Made by a program: the position numbers and the translations under genes. The notes beneath the pieces are model-generated. The model searched no databases, was not told where the DNA came from, and worked only from the letters and a program-made list of their open reading frames with translations. 64,000 bases of DNA from Chloroflexota bacterium (GTDB lineage: Bacteria > Chloroflexota > Limnocylindria > Limnocylindrales > CSP1-4), in the NCBI GenBank assembly GCA_027364875.1, contig DAHXON010000002.1:25192-89191 (forward strand), written 5' to 3'. Below, piece by piece: positions 47,034-57,721 of the stretch. Each line of letters opens with the position of its first letter. Position 1 is the first letter of the stretch.

Positions 47034-48167
47034 TCATCCGAACCAGCGGGTGAGGTCGGCGCCGGTCAACGGTGCCGGACGGTCGAGCGTGGTCGAGATG
47101 CTGATGGCTCGCGACTCGTCACTCGCGCGCTGAATCGCTTCGAGGACCTCGAGGGAATGCAGGCCCAACTCGCTGCTTGTGCGGCAAGGACGGCCCGATA
47201 GCGACTCGACCAGATCGAGGACACCCAGCCCGCGCGTCAAGGGGAAACGTTGCCGGCCGGGTTGAATATCCGGCAGGACCGTCGGCACCAGTCGCCATTC
47301 GTCGTCCCTGTGGAGGCGGACGAAGACGTCCCCGTCGTACCAGGCGGGATGGCCGGATTCAAGGGTCCCGTTCTCGCCGTAGATCTCGAAGTCCGGCAAA
47401 TGATGCGGATCCCATATGTCGAAGCTGGCGACGAAGGTGCCCACAACGCCGGACGCATGGGTCAGCGTCGCCGAGGCATGCGTCGGAACGGACACCGGGA
47501 TCTCGAACATCCCGGTCGGCCTGGTGACGCGCCTCACGCTTGCGCCTATGCGCGTCCGCCCCGAAACGGAGGCGATGGGGCCAAACAGGTTGACGAAGGC
47601 GGCGATGTAGTAGGGACCGAGGTCGAGCAGCGGTCCTCCGCCGGGCTGGAAGAGGAAGCCCGGGTTAGGGTGCCTCTCTTCCACTCGTCGATACGTCGAG
47701 AACGCCGTGTAACCGATGATCTCGCCCAGTTCTCCGCCATCGATCACGGCACGAGAGGTCTGATGAACCGGGCCGAGGAATGTGTCCGGGGCGCACGCCA
47801 GGCTGATGCCGTGCCTCGCTACGACCTCGAGGGCCGTGCCGGCGCGCAGCGTCGTCGCGGATAGCGGCTTCTCAGTGAAGATGTGCCGGCCGGCCGCGCT
47901 CGCCTGCCTGATCACCTCGTCGTGCACGGTCGGTGGCGTGAGATTGACAACGACATCTACTTCGGGGTCGGCCAGCAGGTCCGGCAGAGTCCCGGGCTTT
48001 CCAACACCGTAGGTCGATGACGCGGCTTCGGCTCGAGTGCTGTCCGCGTCGGCGAAGCGAACGACGCGGACGAGCTGGCTGGCTCTGGCCAGGCCGGTCA
48101 TGTAAGCGGCGAGGATGTTGCCGCAACCCACGATGCCCAAACCAGCCGGCAGATCGACGTTGCGCAT
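47034..48167 (-). CDS. Gfo/Idh/MocA-family oxidoreductase
   Basis: ORF 47034..48167. GLGIVGCGNILAAY, HIFTEKPLS. Confidence 0.9.
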   Translation of the reverse strand: MRNVDLPAGLGIVGCGNILAAYMTGLARASQLVRVVRFADADSTRAEAASSTYGVGKPGTLPDLLADPEVDVVVNLTPPTVHDEVIRQASAAGRHIFTEKPLSATTLRAGTALEVVARHGISLACAPDTFLGPVHQTSRAVIDGGELGEIIGYTAFSTYRRVEERHPNPGFLFQPGGGPLLDLGPYYIAAFVNLFGPIASVSGRTRIGASVRRVTRPTGMFEIPVSVPTHASATLTHASGVVGTFVASFDIWDPHHLPDFEIYGENGTLESGHPAWYDGDVFVRLHRDDEWRLVPTVLPDIQPGRQRFPLTRGLGVLDLVESLSGRPCRTSSELGLHSLEVLEAIQRASDESRAISISTTLDRPAPLTGADLTRWFG

Positions 48168-48278
48168 TCGAGGCCTCCCTGGTTCCGGGTGTCCGAGGAT
48201 TCCGACGATGGCAGGCCATCCCGCAGGGCCGGACTCCGAGGCGTTGGCGTTCAGCCTTTGCCAGTTCTGCGTTGATGC

Positions 48279-50081
48279 TCAACGGCGCCCGTAGAGGGGG
48301 CCGAAATTGGTGCAGGCGCGGAAGTCGGCACTCTCCGGGTCGGCGGTGCCCATGTTTGACCAGGCCGTTGGCCGGAAGACGTCCCCGTCGGGGATGTTGT
48401 GCATGTGAACCGGGATCCGCAGGATCGAGGCAAGGGTGATCAGGTCAGCGCCAATGTGCCCGTAGCTGATCGCCCCGTGGTTGGCAGCCCAGTTGGCCAT
48501 AACGGAGTAGACGTCGGTGAAGGGACCGCTTCCGGTGACGCGAGGAACGAACCAGTGGGTGGGCCACGTGGGATCTGTCCGCTCATCGAGGATCTGGTGG
48601 ACCCTGTCGGGCAGTTCCACCGTCCAACCTTCGGCGATCTGAAGAGTAGGACCCAGGCCGGCGGTGAGGTTCAGGCGGGCCATCGTCACGGGCATGCCGC
48701 CCTTGGTGACGAAATGTGACGAGTAGCCACCTCCGCGGAAGTAGTCTCGGTTGGCGGGGTACCAGGTCGTCGCTGCAAGGGCGGCTTCGACCTCGGCGGG
48801 GACGATCTCCCAGAACGGCTTGATCGCCGGCTGACCGTCGCCGGTCATGGCTCCGGTGGCATCGAGGGCCGCCGCACCCGAGTTGATCAAGTGGATGATG
48901 CCACCTGCGGCCGCGCCTACCAGCTTGTGTCCCGTCACTCGCTCGACGGCCTCCGGACTCCAGTACGTTCGAACGTCCGCGAATATCTGGGCTCGACTGG
49001 ACACCAGGTAGTTGAGCAGCATCGTGGCGCCGTTGAGGCTGTCGTTCTCGGTCGCAAAGACGAATGGAGCGCGGATTCCATTCCAGTCGAAGGACGAGTT
49101 GAGGATTGCCTCCGTGAAGTCGCCGTTGGGGAAGTGATCCGTCCATTGACGCTGACCCTGGAAGCCGGCGGCAATCGCGTTGTGCCCCATCGCCTCCTCG
49201 CCGAAGCCGAGGCCCGCGAGTCGGGGGTTGCCGACCATCAGATCGCGAGCGATCAGGGTCATCCTGACAACGGTGTCCCAGTCGGCGTCCTTCTCCGCTC
49301 TGTTCTTGACCTTGTCCGGCCTGTTGCGGTCAGAGCCTTCGCGGCAATGAGTCCTGGTCCAAGCGATCGCCCTGTCGTACTCCTCGTGGTCGTAGATCGA
49401 CTCGTCGAGCCGCCGGGCGAACTCGGACATGTCGACCGACTCGACCCGCATGCCGAGGTACTTCTCGAAGAAGGACTGGTCGACGATCGAACCGGCGATG
49501 CCCATCGACACGCTGCCGAGCGAGAGGTAGGACTTCCCGCGCAGGATTGCGGCGGCGAGGCCTGCTCTGGCGAAGCGGAGCAGTTTCTCCTGGACGTCCT
49601 GCGGGATGGTCGAATCGCCCGCATCCTGGACGTCGCGGCCGTAGATGCCGAAAGCCGGCAGACCCTTCTGCGTGTGCGCGGCGAGGACGGCTGCCAGATA
49701 GACGGCCCCGGGACGCTCCGTGCCGTTGAAGCCCCAGATCGCCTTTGGCGTCAGAGGATCCATGTCCATGGTCTCCGACCCGTAGCACCAGCAGGGCGTC
49801 ACGCTTATCGAGACGGCTACGCCCTCCTTGCGGAACAGTTCCGCCGCTTTGGCTGCCTCATAGACGCCGCCGATGGAATGGTCAGGGACCACGATGTCCA
49901 CAGGCGCGCCGTCTGGGTACCTCAGATTTGCCTTCAGCAGCTCGGCGGTCCTGTGCGCCATTGTCATCGTCTGATCTTCGAGCGACTCGCGGATCCCGTT
50001 CATACGCCCATCGATGACCGGGCGAATGCCTATCTTCGGCCAGTCGCCAACCAAACGACCGGCGGTGTTGATCGTCGTCAT
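48279..50081 (-). CDS. fucI: L-fucose isomerase
   Basis: ORF 48279..50081, 600 aa. Near-colinear with my recollection of E. coli FucI: [113 protein letters not shown]. Confidence 0.95.
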   Translation of the reverse strand: MTTINTAGRLVGDWPKIGIRPVIDGRMNGIRESLEDQTMTMAHRTAELLKANLRYPDGAPVDIVVPDHSIGGVYEAAKAAELFRKEGVAVSISVTPCWCYGSETMDMDPLTPKAIWGFNGTERPGAVYLAAVLAAHTQKGLPAFGIYGRDVQDAGDSTIPQDVQEKLLRFARAGLAAAILRGKSYLSLGSVSMGIAGSIVDQSFFEKYLGMRVESVDMSEFARRLDESIYDHEEYDRAIAWTRTHCREGSDRNRPDKVKNRAEKDADWDTVVRMTLIARDLMVGNPRLAGLGFGEEAMGHNAIAAGFQGQRQWTDHFPNGDFTEAILNSSFDWNGIRAPFVFATENDSLNGATMLLNYLVSSRAQIFADVRTYWSPEAVERVTGHKLVGAAAGGIIHLINSGAAALDATGAMTGDGQPAIKPFWEIVPAEVEAALAATTWYPANRDYFRGGGYSSHFVTKGGMPVTMARLNLTAGLGPTLQIAEGWTVELPDRVHQILDERTDPTWPTHWFVPRVTGSGPFTDVYSVMANWAANHGAISYGHIGADLITLASILRIPVHMHNIPDGDVFRPTAWSNMGTADPESADFRACTNFGPLYGRR

Positions 50082-50120
50082 CAGCGATTCCCTGTCCTGC
50101 TTGTGGGGCGAAAAGGTGGA

Positions 50121-50146
50121 CTGTAACGATTAGCTTGACGTTTCAC
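50121..50146. promoter_or_regulatory. 26-bp bipartite LacI-type operator, site f (most degenerate copy)
   Basis: ctgtaacgattagcttgacgtttcac. Lies 40 nt upstream of the fucI start. Confidence 0.45.
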
Positions 50147-50256
50147 CTAGCATGGCCATTGTCGGCGCCCGATGCAACCTGCCCGGTCCGCTCTGGCGAC
50201 CCGCATGTCGACGGCGAACCGGCCGACCGCGGTGATGCGCAGTTCGCCATTCGAGC

Positions 50257-51264
50257 CTACGGTCGCATGCGCCGAGGTCGCGCGCGACCCTCAGCGTCAG
50301 GAACCTGGTTCCGGGCGTGGTAGCTCGACCGCACCAGCGGCCCGGACTCGACGTGCTTGAAACCCAGCGCCATGGCTTCTTCGCGCATCTCGACGAACTC
50401 GTCGGGACGGTAGTAGCGGTCAACGGGAAGATGCTCCAGCGAGGGCCTCAGATACTGCCCAAGCGTCAGGATGTCACAGTCGACCGCGCGCAGGTCCACA
50501 AAAGTCTGGTGCAGCTCCTCGCGCGTTTCGCCGAGGCCAACCATGATCGACGATTTGGTATGGACGGCCGCAGGACGCCCGTCAGCCCCAAAACCAAGCT
50601 CCGCCGCCATCGATTTCGCCCGGGCCAGAACGCCAACAGAGCGGTCGTAGCGCGCCCGCTTGCGAACCGGCTTCTGAAGCCTGCCCACCGTCTCGATGTT
50701 GTGGTTCAGGATGTCAGGGCCGGCAGACATCACAGCCCGGAGGGGCTCATCCTCGCCGTTGAAATCGGGTATCAGAACCTCGATCCCCATTCCGGGGCAC
50801 TCCGCCCGCAATCGCCGGATCGTCTCCGCGAAGATACTCGCGCCGCCATCGGCAAGGTCGTCGCGGGTCACGCTCGTGACCACGACGTGGTCCAGATCCA
50901 GTCGCTTGATTGCTTCGGCCACGCGCCGCGGCTCGTCCAGGTCGTAGACCGTCGGCTTGCCGGTCTTGATGGCACAGAACCCGCAGGCGCGGGTGCAGGT
51001 GTCGCCCAGGATCATGACCGTCACGGTTCGCTGGTCCCAGCACTCGCCCACGTTCGGGCACCCGGCCTCAGCGCAGACGGTGTTGAGATTGAGCCCCCTA
51101 AGCAGCCGTCGCACATCGTCGTAGGTCTCGCCCGATGGAATCCTGGCCTTGACCCAATCCGGATGCCGGCGCGCCGCAGTGCTTCCCTCGGATGACGCGG
51201 CGATGGTGCTTTTCACGGGGATTTCCAACAATGAGTCCCTGTGCTGGTCGAGTGGATCTGTCAT
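50257..51264 (-). CDS. lipA: lipoyl synthase
   Basis: ORF 50257..51264. CAEAGCPNVGECW and CTRACGFC (auxiliary and radical-SAM clusters), TSVTRDDL, SSIMVGLGET. Confidence 0.95.
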   Translation of the reverse strand: MTDPLDQHRDSLLEIPVKSTIAASSEGSTAARRHPDWVKARIPSGETYDDVRRLLRGLNLNTVCAEAGCPNVGECWDQRTVTVMILGDTCTRACGFCAIKTGKPTVYDLDEPRRVAEAIKRLDLDHVVVTSVTRDDLADGGASIFAETIRRLRAECPGMGIEVLIPDFNGEDEPLRAVMSAGPDILNHNIETVGRLQKPVRKRARYDRSVGVLARAKSMAAELGFGADGRPAAVHTKSSIMVGLGETREELHQTFVDLRAVDCDILTLGQYLRPSLEHLPVDRYYRPDEFVEMREEAMALGFKHVESGPLVRSSYHARNQVPDAEGRARPRRMRP

Positions 51265-51319
51265 CAGTCTTTGGCCTGTGCCCGCTAGTTAGGTGGTGTC
51301 AGCGGCCGGCCTGGAACAG

Positions 51320-51345
51320 GCTAAAGGTTACGCGAAACGTTTCAC
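51320..51345. promoter_or_regulatory. 26-bp bipartite LacI-type operator, site g
   Basis: gctaaaggttacgcgaaacgtttcac. Lies 56 nt upstream of the lipA start. Confidence 0.6.
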
Positions 51346-51577
51346 AAGGTATCTTACCAGGGCTTGCCTCGCCAACACTGTCTTGCGCGCGCAGGGTCCG
51401 CCCGTCCCGGGATGGTGCCCGCAAGGACGCGATCGAGGTCAAGAGGCGGCCGTCGGTTGCCGACTCGCCGACTCAGCTGCCGCAGCTTCTCCGCGAGGCC
51501 GGGTACACCCAGCGCGGCCGCGATCACCGGGATGTCAGCCCCTGGACCTGGGTCTGCTGCCGGCCCCCTGTACGTCC

Positions 51578-52600
51578 CTATTCGCCGGCGGTTCGGCCTA
51601 TCTCAGACAAGCGCGTCGCGAGGCTCGGCCGTGTCAGGACTTCACGGTTCGCGACGAACGCCGGCACGCGACCGCGACTCACGTCAAGGATCGCCCGGAT
51701 CGCGCTGGCTGCCACGTCTTCGAGCATCTGGTCGGTCTGCGACAGCCCGTGCGGGCTCAGGCTGACATTGGCCAGTCGAGTGAGACGGTCGTCGGCGGAA
51801 AGGGGCTCGCGTTCGAAGACGTCGAGGCCGGCGCTCGCGATCGCACCGGTCTCCAGGGCCGTGACGAGTGCCTCATGTTCGACGATCGGACCTCGTGCGA
51901 CGTTGACGAGACTCGCCGTCGGCTTCATTCGAGCCAGTTCGCGTCTCCCGATCAAGTGATAGGTCTCGGGCGTCAGTGGGCAGAGGATCACAACGACGTC
52001 CGAGCGTTCGAGCAACTCGTCGAGATCGACCAGCTCCACTCCCAGGCTGGCAGCCTCGTCGGAGGTACGGTAGGGATCCCTCGCGATGACGTGAACACGC
52101 AGCGGCGCCAGTAGATCCAGCAAGACGGATGCGATGTTGCCGAGACCTATCAGGCCTATCGTGCGGCCGGCGAGACCATGGCCAAGCCAGCGTCGACGTT
52201 CTCGCGTCCAGATGCCATCCCGGACCATCGAGTCCTTCGCATGCAGGTTCAGTGTCGCCGCAAGGATGTGTGTCAATGCCGTAACGGCCACGGGACGGGC
52301 GATGGCGTCTGGGGTGATGCTGACTATGACGTCATGGCGGGTACATGCCCCCAGGTCAAGGACGTCCGTGCCTACCCCGAACCGGGCCAGAAGCAACGGG
52401 GGCGGACTGGCGGCCTCGATTGCGCCGCCCGTCACGCGGGCATTTCCTGTCAGGAAGGCGGCGTGCCTGCTCAGTTGACTCGAGCTGAGGCTCCCGTCTT
52501 CGACCGGATCAACTGTCTCCCACGGGACCCCGGCCCGATCCAGCTCCGTCAGGAGCTCAGGGCTTGAGAGTTCGCGAGAACCGGCGAAGTCGGATGTCAC
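51578..52600 (-). CDS. D-isomer-specific 2-hydroxyacid dehydrogenase family protein
   Basis: ORF 51578..52600. GLIGLGNIA, LVNVARGPIV, AGLDVFEREP, SPHG. Confidence 0.9.
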   Translation of the reverse strand: MTSDFAGSRELSSPELLTELDRAGVPWETVDPVEDGSLSSSQLSRHAAFLTGNARVTGGAIEAASPPPLLLARFGVGTDVLDLGACTRHDVIVSITPDAIARPVAVTALTHILAATLNLHAKDSMVRDGIWTRERRRWLGHGLAGRTIGLIGLGNIASVLLDLLAPLRVHVIARDPYRTSDEAASLGVELVDLDELLERSDVVVILCPLTPETYHLIGRRELARMKPTASLVNVARGPIVEHEALVTALETGAIASAGLDVFEREPLSADDRLTRLANVSLSPHGLSQTDQMLEDVAASAIRAILDVSRGRVPAFVANREVLTRPSLATRLSEIGRTAGE

Positions 52601-52945
52601 GCCGACGGTGAACCGTCCGAGAATCCTCCCATTCGCACCGCTCTGTCTCGTTGTGGTCCCTCCCTTTGTCTGCGTAGTGTGTCTCGCGACGTCTCCAGGG
52701 AGTCGACGGCGTGGACGCCTCAGTTGCCCGGGAAGACGCTGTCGCGCTGTGCTCGCACTCCATTCTCCAACGTAGCTTGTTCACGGACGACAACGCCCGC
52801 CAGAGCCGGCTCGCGGTCCGGATGAGCCGTCGACATGGCCCTTCCACTGCTGGATTTCGCACGGCAGTCGCCCGACGGCGTTCGAGAGACCTATGAACCA
52901 GGGTGCTCTCTCGTGAAGCGGCAGTGCCGCCTGAGAACGGTCGCC

Positions 52946-53911
52946 TCAGGTGATGGCGATCGCGTTGGCGGTCGAGCCCGCCCCGCCTGGCATGTTGAGG
53001 GGCGCCGAGACGAATAGGCCCTCGTGGACCGCCGTGGCGGCACACTCTTCCGCCAGGGCATCCAGCGCGAAGAGCTCTCCGACGGCCAATCCAAGGAATG
53101 TGACGAGCCGGTAGTGAAGGAATCCATCGAGGGATCCCCGGTCGAACGGCATCGACTCGAGGGCGGGAGAATCGGAGGCGACGGCCGCAACGTGGTTGTC
53201 CCACAGCCACTCGGCTGTGCGCTCGGCTGCCTCCAGGCCCGGGGCGGCGAACATCTCCTGGGCCGCCAGCCATTCGCGTCGAGATGGATCCAGTCGCTCG
53301 TACCAACGGACCCAGCCGAATCGAAGCAGAAGGATGTCCCCCGCTTGGAGCACAGAACCCTGGCGGGCGAGTATCTGCTGGAGCTCATCGACGCCAATCG
53401 GCGTCTGCTGATCCTGCCTGATCGGGTTGCCGAGGTTCGCCCGGTAGCGGTCCACGTCGAGGAGCACGAAGCGACCCACGATCCCGCGATTGGCCCAGTG
53501 TTCTATGCCCAACCGCGGCGCCCCGAGCTCGGCCGGGTCCTCAAGCGGCAGGCCATTGTAGTAGCCGTACGCTTCGTGCCCGACGTGGCGGAGGGCATCC
53601 CACTGGCTCGAAGCCTGCGGGTAGAAATTGTCGTAGTAGTCGTCCGTGCCCGGCTGAAGATCCTTCATTACATGCCGCGTGGCGCCCCGGCCGAGAAGCG
53701 GCGGATTGGGCATCGCCAGCGACCAGTCGAGGGGAAAGACGTTTCCAAGGCGGACCAGGGCGGCGGCACGTCGAACGACGTCCGGCTGCAAGAGGTTGAT
53801 CGCCCCGACTTCGTCATCGGTTCCGAACAAACCCCACGCGGTCCGCGGCGAATCGGCACCCGCGATCCTGGCCAGCTCTCTGTAGCGGGGAAGCCGAGGC
53901 GTGGGGTCCAT
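52946..53911 (-). CDS. cyclase-family (arylformamidase-like) protein
   Basis: ORF 52946..53911. Family assignment is from overall resemblance (GAINLL..., NVFPLDW, WDALRHVGH, FVLLDVDRY, LLLRFGW). Not motif-proof. Confidence 0.6.
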   Translation of the reverse strand: MDPTPRLPRYRELARIAGADSPRTAWGLFGTDDEVGAINLLQPDVVRRAAALVRLGNVFPLDWSLAMPNPPLLGRGATRHVMKDLQPGTDDYYDNFYPQASSQWDALRHVGHEAYGYYNGLPLEDPAELGAPRLGIEHWANRGIVGRFVLLDVDRYRANLGNPIRQDQQTPIGVDELQQILARQGSVLQAGDILLLRFGWVRWYERLDPSRREWLAAQEMFAAPGLEAAERTAEWLWDNHVAAVASDSPALESMPFDRGSLDGFLHYRLVTFLGLAVGELFALDALAEECAATAVHEGLFVSAPLNMPGGAGSTANAIAIT

Positions 53912-53915
53912 CAGC

Positions 53916-54995
53916 TTACGATTCCCGCCCGAACGCCGTGGCGCCTATGCCCTCGACCGGCTGGCCGGCCTCGGCTGTGCCCGTGCTGACGCTCTCCGGG
54001 GAGCAGCCGCACGACTGCCGGTGCACGAACTCGGCTCGGAGCCGTACCCATCGCGGCGGCGCGTCCGGCGACTCCACGCGTCGAAGCAGGAGGCGCATGG
54101 CCTCTCGGCCCATCGCGAAGCTCGGCTGAGCGACAGCCGTGAGCGGCGACCCCAGCACGCCCGCCCAAGGTACGTCGTCGAGCGAGACGATGGCGATGTC
54201 CGACGGGATGCTCAGGCCGAGCGTAAGAATGGCCTCGAGGGCGCCCAGCGTCATCTCGTTGTTGGTGACTATCAGAGCGTGGGGCCGATCGGGCTTGCTC
54301 AGAGCTTCCACGACGGCTAGCCGGGCCAGTTCGCGCCGCGAGCCACCCGCGATCACTAGGCTTTCGTCGAACGCAATGCCGGCGGCCTCGAGGCCCGCTC
54401 GATAGCCGGATAGGCGGTCCTCAGCCGTCGAGATGCCGCGGACGCCGGCAACGATGCCGATGCGGCGATGGCCGATGTGGAGGAGATGGTCGACCATGAC
54501 CTTCGCCGCGACGTCGTTGAGGACCGTGACCTGGTCCACGCCGGTGGGGCCGGCCCTGTCGACGAGGACGAATGGCTTCTTCGAGTTCTGCAGGTTCCGG
54601 ACAAGGTCGGGAGGCGTCTGGCGGGTCAGGCCGATGATGAACCCATCGACGCGCTGGGCCCGCAGTTCTCGCAGACTCGCTACCTCGCGCTCGGGGTCTT
54701 CTCCGGTGTTAACCATGAGTAGACTCTGGCCGCTCGCCCTCGCCTCAGCTTCGACCCCGTCGATCACGGCCGTGAAGAACGGGTTGCGCAGATCTGGAAG
54801 GACGAGCGCCACGGTCTGCGACCGGGCGGAGCGGAGCGCCCGGGCGACGGCATCCGGAGTGTAGCCCGTCTCCGCAACGGCCTCGAGCACCCGTCGCCTT
54901 GTCTCTTCCCCGACGGACCGCGAGCCGGTGACCACGTATGAGGCCGTCGATATCGAAACGCCGGCCTTTCGAGCGACGTCCACAAGTCGCGCCAC
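53916..54995 (-). CDS. LacI-family transcriptional regulator
   Basis: ORF 53916..54995. N-terminal HTH MARLVDVARKAGVSISTASYVVTG...YTPDAVARALRS followed by a periplasmic-binding-protein-like sugar-binding fold. Confidence 0.95.
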   Translation of the reverse strand: MARLVDVARKAGVSISTASYVVTGSRSVGEETRRRVLEAVAETGYTPDAVARALRSARSQTVALVLPDLRNPFFTAVIDGVEAEARASGQSLLMVNTGEDPEREVASLRELRAQRVDGFIIGLTRQTPPDLVRNLQNSKKPFVLVDRAGPTGVDQVTVLNDVAAKVMVDHLLHIGHRRIGIVAGVRGISTAEDRLSGYRAGLEAAGIAFDESLVIAGGSRRELARLAVVEALSKPDRPHALIVTNNEMTLGALEAILTLGLSIPSDIAIVSLDDVPWAGVLGSPLTAVAQPSFAMGREAMRLLLRRVESPDAPPRWVRLRAEFVHRQSCGCSPESVSTGTAEAGQPVEGIGATAFGRES

Positions 54996-55120
54996 TACAA
55001 GCCTCCCTCACTCTGCCCGGCTCGCCCGGCTGGGCGGGGACGGCTTTGCCAAGCCGCGAGCGGGTCGTTCCGAGATAGCGTGATCCAGTCCGTCATTTGT
55101 GGTTTGCGACTCCGGGGCTT

Positions 55121-56659
55121 CTAGAGCCCCCCGTTCGCGGGTTTTCCGTTGGCAAGTTCGTGGACGATGGGACGCGTCGCGCGGAACAGCTCTCGATAGA
55201 GTTCGTAGCGCCGAGCGTACACGTTTCGATTGTCTGCGTTGGGTTCGATACGGACCTTGGTTCGCACCCAGGAAGGACTCTTGCCGTCCACCAGGCCGAT
55301 AGCCTCGGCAGCGATGTAGGCATCTCCGTAAGCGGCGCCCAACTGCCTGTCGGGAACTTCCTGGGTAATGCCCGTAACGTCGGAGACGATCTGGAGCCAA
55401 AGCCGGCTGGCCGTCCCGCCTCCGACCGCAACCGCGCATCTCGGTGCCGTGTCCGAGTCGACCATCGACTCCAGGTTGTGCCGGACTCCGAATGCCGTAG
55501 CTTCGAGGATGGCTCGATAGAGATCGCCGCGGTCGTGTGAGAGGTTCAAGCCGGCGATTACGCCCCGAGCCTGCGGGTCGTTGAATGGGCTCCTTTCGCC
55601 GCTGAAGTAGGGCAGCAGAAGCAGGCCCCTGGCTCCGGGCGGTGACGCCTCGGCCTCCCGGCAAAGCTGCGCGTGCGCTTCGCTTGCGTCAGCAAAGGTA
55701 CTCTGCGGGAGTTCCTTGGCGAATTGCCCGCGGAACCAGCTTGTTATGGAGCCAGTCGTAGCCATTGCGGTGGTCAGGAAGTACTCGCCTTCCCTGGCAC
55801 CGCGGGTCATCCACAGGTCCGGCACACGCCGATACTCGTCCGCCACGAGAACGAGATAGGACGTGCTCCCGTAGGACACCATCAGATCACCCGGCCGGAT
55901 CACGCCAACCCCGACCGCCTCCGCCGCGCCGTCAGTCGTGCCGCCCGTGACTGGGGTCCCCTGCGGTATGCCCGTCGCTGCGGCTGCTTCGGCCGTCACC
56001 CTGCCGACGATCTCGCTGGTCCAGCACAACTCCGGCAGCATCTCGGGGGCTACCTGGCCGTCGGCGAAGCGAAGATCCCAGCGCATTCGCTTGATGTCGT
56101 AGAACGGGGCGAAGTAGGACGCCGTGTGGTGGTCGATAGAGTGCTCGCCCGTCAATCGGTAGACGACGTACCCGGTCGAGGTCACGAAGCGAGCCGTCTC
56201 GGCGAAAACCTCCGGCTCGTTCTCTTGAATCCACAGGACCTTTGGTCCGACGGCCTGACTGGTCAAGCGCGCTCCGCTTAGGCGCCTTATCGCGGGGCCG
56301 AATGAACGCTCGAGTCGAGCGGCTTGCTCCGAAGCGCGCACGTCCACCCCGTACAGGATCGCGGGCCTGAGTGGCAGGCTGTGCCTGTCGAGTGGCAGGA
56401 GGCAGGGCCCGATCGCGCTGATACCGACCGCGGCGATCCTGGTCCCGCTCGGCACGGAATCCATGAGGCGTCGGCTGATCCGGACAACGTCTCGCCACCA
56501 AACGTCGTCGGCATCATGCTCCATCTGGCCGGGCGCCGGGATCGAGACTCCGTGCTCGACGCGAGCTTCCGCCAGGATGGAGCCGTCCGCCAGGCTGACG
56601 ACACCCTTCGAGCTGTAGGTGCCGATGTCGATGCCGATCACCGCATCCCTGAAAGCCAC
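55121..56659 (-). CDS. FGGY-family carbohydrate kinase (xylulo-/fuculokinase-like)
   Basis: ORF 55121..56710 (TTG). GTG 56659 gives VAFRDAVIGIDIGTYSSKG, the usual spacing. MEHDADDVWW, GGTTDGAAEAVG, VAVGGGTAS. Confidence 0.85.
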   Translation of the reverse strand: MAFRDAVIGIDIGTYSSKGVVSLADGSILAEARVEHGVSIPAPGQMEHDADDVWWRDVVRISRRLMDSVPSGTRIAAVGISAIGPCLLPLDRHSLPLRPAILYGVDVRASEQAARLERSFGPAIRRLSGARLTSQAVGPKVLWIQENEPEVFAETARFVTSTGYVVYRLTGEHSIDHHTASYFAPFYDIKRMRWDLRFADGQVAPEMLPELCWTSEIVGRVTAEAAAATGIPQGTPVTGGTTDGAAEAVGVGVIRPGDLMVSYGSTSYLVLVADEYRRVPDLWMTRGAREGEYFLTTAMATTGSITSWFRGQFAKELPQSTFADASEAHAQLCREAEASPPGARGLLLLPYFSGERSPFNDPQARGVIAGLNLSHDRGDLYRAILEATAFGVRHNLESMVDSDTAPRCAVAVGGGTASRLWLQIVSDVTGITQEVPDRQLGAAYGDAYIAAEAIGLVDGKSPSWVRTKVRIEPNADNRNVYARRYELYRELFRATRPIVHELANGKPANGGL

Positions 56660-56743
56660 TTCCCGGTCTACTCCCTTCCCAGCCGCGAGAACACCCTCTT
56701 GCCGGTCCAAGGTCGCGACGGACCTACGGTTGACACACCGCCA

Positions 56744-57721
56744 TCAAGCCGAGATGGCCCTCTGAGCTGCTTGGACTATGTCCTGTTCGCTGGGCAGATA
56801 CTCATCGATCAGCACCTGGCCGAATGGGATGGGCGACCAGGCACCGCCCAGACGTTCGATGGGGGCGGCGAGATAGCCGAACGCCTGCGCGCCAACCGCG
56901 GCGGCAACCTCGGCCCCGAACCCGCCGAATACCGGCGCCTCATGAACTACGACCAGCCGACCAGTGCGAGTCACGGACCCCACGATCGTTTCGACGTCGA
57001 GTGGAAGGACCGAGCGAGCGTCGATCACCTCGGCGCTGTGTCCGCCGGCGGCCAGCGCATCGGCTGCGGACAGAGCACGGTCGACCATGTAGCCGGTGGC
57101 GACGATCGTGACGTCCTGCCCCGGTCGACGGACAGCCGCCTTCCCGATCGGCACGAAGAATTCCTCGTCGGGGACGTCTTCCTTCTTTCCGTACAGCTGC
57201 TTGTTTTCCAGGACAACGACCGGGTCCGGCGAACGTATCGCAGACTTGAGCAGCCCGACCACGTCGTATGGCGTGGACGGCATCACGATCGTCAGCCCCG
57301 GTACATTCATCAGCCAGGCTTCGACTGATTGGGTGTGCTGGGCTCCCCAACGGGCCCCTGCGCCATAGGACATCCTCACAACCATCGGGGCGGAGAACTC
57401 GCCGCCGGACAGGAACCGGGCCTTGGCGGCGGAGTTGACGATCGCGTCCATGGCGATCGTCGTGAAGTCCGCGAACATCACCTCGACGACCGGCCGCATC
57501 CCCATCATGGCCGCCCCCACGGCAGCCCCAACTATCGCGGACTCGCTGATCGGCGTGTCAAAGACCCGCGTCGGCCCGAATTCTTCCAGCAGGCCCTTCG
57601 TTGCCTTGAAGACTCCGCCTGCCTCGGCAACGTCCTCTCCAAAGAGGAAGACGGCCGGATCGCGTCGCATCTCCTCGCGAAGCGCACGCTGGACGGCTTC
57701 ACGGTAGGCGATCGTGGTCAT
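56744..57721 (-). CDS. 2-oxoacid (acetoin/pyruvate/branched-chain type) dehydrogenase E1 beta subunit
   Basis: ORF 56744..57721. FLFGEDVAEAGGVFKATKGL, RVFDTPISESAIVGAAVGAAMMGMRPV. Confidence 0.95.
   Translation of the reverse strand: MTTIAYREAVQRALREEMRRDPAVFLFGEDVAEAGGVFKATKGLLEEFGPTRVFDTPISESAIVGAAVGAAMMGMRPVVEVMFADFTTIAMDAIVNSAAKARFLSGGEFSAPMVVRMSYGAGARWGAQHTQSVEAWLMNVPGLTIVMPSTPYDVVGLLKSAIRSPDPVVVLENKQLYGKKEDVPDEEFFVPIGKAAVRRPGQDVTIVATGYMVDRALSAADALAAGGHSAEVIDARSVLPLDVETIVGSVTRTGRLVVVHEAPVFGGFGAEVAAAVGAQAFGYLAAPIERLGGAWSPIPFGQVLIDEYLPSEQDIVQAAQRAISA

Noticed and set aside
21428-50081. The idea that the TSUP exporter, transketolase, sugar isomerase and dehydrogenases constitute a sulfoquinovose (sulfo-transketolase) pathway.
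   Set aside because: This is tempting because a TauE/SafE-family exporter follows lpdA under the shared operator. However, I see no sulfoquinovosidase, sulfoacetaldehyde reductase or acetyltransferase (Xsc), or other sulfonate-specific enzyme. IolB, IolC and FucI point to inositol or deoxy-sugar substrates. The evidence is insufficient.
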